Part shown: piece by piece, positions 61,326-64,000 of the stretch
Layout of the letters: each line of letters begins with the position of its first letter
Numbering within the stretch: position 1 is the stretch's first letter
Assembly: GCF_964194155.1 (NCBI RefSeq)
Contig: NC_135898.1
Coordinates: forward strand, 13,206,001 to 13,270,000
Direction: 5' to 3'
DNA length: 64,000 nt
From: Cetorhinus maximus
Lineage: Eukaryota
Translations under genes and position numbers: made by a program
The notes under the pieces: generated by a model
Databases searched by the model: none
What the model saw: only the letters and a program-made list of their open reading frames with translations
Told to the model about the DNA's origin: nothing

Positions 61326-64000
61326 CTGGATTAAAACGTTTGTAAAAGGAATTATATAGAACATAAAGCGCAGAAACAGTCTATGCCAGTGTTTATGTTA
61401 TGCACCGTGCTTCATTTCACCCGATCAGCATAACCTTCCGTTCCTTTCTTCCTCATGTTTATCCAGCTTTTCTTTAAATGCATCTTGCTACTCACCTCTA
61501 CCATTCCCTGTGGAAGCACATTCGATTCTAGCCATTTTCCAAATGAGAAAGTTTCCCCTGCTTTGCTTATTAGATTTATTAGTGACTAACTTTTATTTGT
61601 GGAGCCGAGTTGTCTGCCCACAAATTACTTTCACTGGTTCCAGGAGACTGTTAAAGGGATTCCTGCCCGTGGAAAGATGGGCACACGGGAGCAGTAACTG
61701 CAGCTGCTCTATGGGATTACAATTTAGGGGAGTTCTGTTTTTACACACAGCTTCATTACCAATAACCTCAACCCAACCTGCAAAAAAGTCAGTCGTTGGT
61801 ATGTGATACAGGATGGACTCATTATGAGTCTGCATTAAAAAAAAGGATGTCATTCGTCAGTCCAAGTTCACAAATCAAGAATTGGCTTCAGTTATACATC
61901 ACTGCAAATTGCTGCTATGGATGAAATGTTGAATATTCTCCAGTGGGACTGTCATAAAACAAAACCGTTGTTAGAATTCAGATCAGTTTATCTAAGCTGG
62001 TATTTATATCCAAAAGAACCATTATGGTGTAATTATAGACCACAGCCCTTCTCTGGTAATATTTTCCTGTACTTCAATTATTGTCCACTGCTAGGTTCAG
62101 TGATCACATTCTCATCGGTCAGAAATTCACAGGTTCAACGCACTTCATCAGCACCCCACCCACCAACTCAAATATGCACTCTCTGCAGCAGTGGCGCACG
62201 TTGGCTGCAGTGTGTATCATCTCCAAAGTGCAATGCAGCAACTCACCAAGGCTTCTGAGACAGCACCTCTCAAACCCACAACCTCTACTACCTCAAAGGT
62301 CGAAGGCAGCAGACACATGGGAACACCACCACCGCCAAGCTCCCCTCCAAGTGACACACCATCCTGAATTGGAAGTGTCATCGCCATTCTTTCATTGTCA
62401 CTGGATTAGAATCCTGGAACTCCCAACGTAAGACTACTGTGGTAAACCTCCCCCATGTGGAATTTGGCAGTTATAAGAAAACAGCTTGTCACCGGCACCC
62501 TCTTAAGTGCAATTAAGAATGGGCAACACAAGTTGCTCTTGCCAGCACCCACATCTGCAGGAACATAGGCAAGTGAATGAATAAATAAATAAAAAAAACA
62601 GCAGCACCTGAGTAGTTCATAAATCCAGCTAATACTTCAGTGCAGTACTAAGAGATTTCTACATGGTCTATCAAAGACTTGGCCATTCCATGCCCGATGC
62701 AGTGGATGTAAAAGATTCTCGGCACTGATATGAAGAGTAGGCAGCCAATATTCATCCCTTAACCAACCACCAAAATTGATTAATTGGCCATGCATCTCAC
62801 TGCACCATGAGTAATTGAAGATCTACTTTCTTTCAAATAGAATACTCTGTTCTTTATATTTCTTTATGGGGTTTTGATAACTGGCAACCACTTTGAATTG
62901 TTTATTGTTTGTGAGTGCTTTAATTGGTTACTGAATGGTGGTAGCTATTTGTTCACTGAGTGTGCATGTCAAGTACATTCACCCTGTATTGCGTAAGCAC
63001 ATGTAGGGCGTTTTGGAATAAAAAGTTGTGTATGTGACTGAAACACCTGTAACAGTCACATGCATGGCCGATCAGTCGCACATGGATATCAATGTTTAAA
63101 AGGAATGTCAGAAAACTTTGCCCATGAACTTCAGGAAATTTGCTTTGGCTAAATTTGCTGACAATAAACTGTGGCAGAGAAGTATGATGTCATGGACAGG
63201 ACTGTTTTCATTCTATTAAAATAGACCAGCAACTGCAGAAAAAAATCCAGTGACTGGGCGAAACATTTAAAAGGCACGTATTTGCATTAAAGGTGTCGAT
63301 GAAACAGTTTAAGATTATCAGCTTGTGCAGAAAAAGTATGGGACTTTACACCTGTGGTCCTCTTCTGCTGTTTCTGGTTTACAAGAATATTAATTGTTGA
63401 AATAAAGACATTAATGTATTCTCGATCCGATGGAAAAGAGTAATTATGAATGAGAAGTGGACACCAATGTCCTCAATGACAAAATTAAAGCTTCACACTG
63501 TTCAAAGTACTCAAAAATATCTGCTATATGGCCGAGTAACAATCTTTCACTGACAGCCCAAGGTAGTGGCTACATTCTCCTAACATTCACGACATCAGAC
63601 AGCAAGTCTGAACTTGGTGATTTTTATCCAATGCCTCAAATTACAATTAAAATATATAACAAATTAGGTGGGAAATATAAATCCGGATAGTATGTTTTGA
63701 ATAATGAAAATCTTTCTCCTATCCACTTCATTCAGCTAAAATATCTGGTGCAGTTTGAAAATGTGTTAAAGCTGCCACCCTGACCTCAATGGCTTGCTGT
63801 TTGAATTTCTCTCCCAGTGGCAGCCTGACCACAGAGACACATCTCTAATTTGGGCTGTTTATCTGGAATTCTTTGTTTTACTTTGAGTTAAGGATACATT
63901 TCAAAACATCACTATCTTGTATTTTCAATGTCTAGGACACAGGGTAGACAGTGAGAGGTTGTTTCTGCTCGCTGGGGAAGCTAAAACACAGGGGCACAGT

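Overview
Intron-rich vertebrate genomic DNA, very probably a cartilaginous fish (shark); the taxon is inferred from the repeat families (CR1 with esterase ORF1, DeuSINE/SacSINE1-like, L2, Penelope). There are three spliced genes, all on the minus strand. (1) DDX56: 13 coding exons traced with GT-AG boundaries and consistent phases, 449-13276; the last exon is probably left of the window. (2) An ovastacin (ASTL)-like astacin metalloprotease: 11 coding exons traced, 23163-46189; the signal-peptide exon was not located. It has an unusual architecture: prodomain, astacin catalytic domain with Leu at the Met-turn, a single 3.5-kb exon encoding a ~1100-aa Pro/Thr/Ser mucin-like stalk with ~55 near-perfect [10 protein letters not shown] repeats, one MAM domain and a basic tail. 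(3) TMED4: exons 2-5, 54381-61325; exon 1 is probably right of the window. The remainder is dense, often nested, transposon debris. It includes Penelope-like elements and short inverted-repeat derivatives carrying two families of minimal hammerhead ribozyme motifs. All calls come from manual reading and recalled homologue sequences; no database searches were run, and TE boundaries are approximate.
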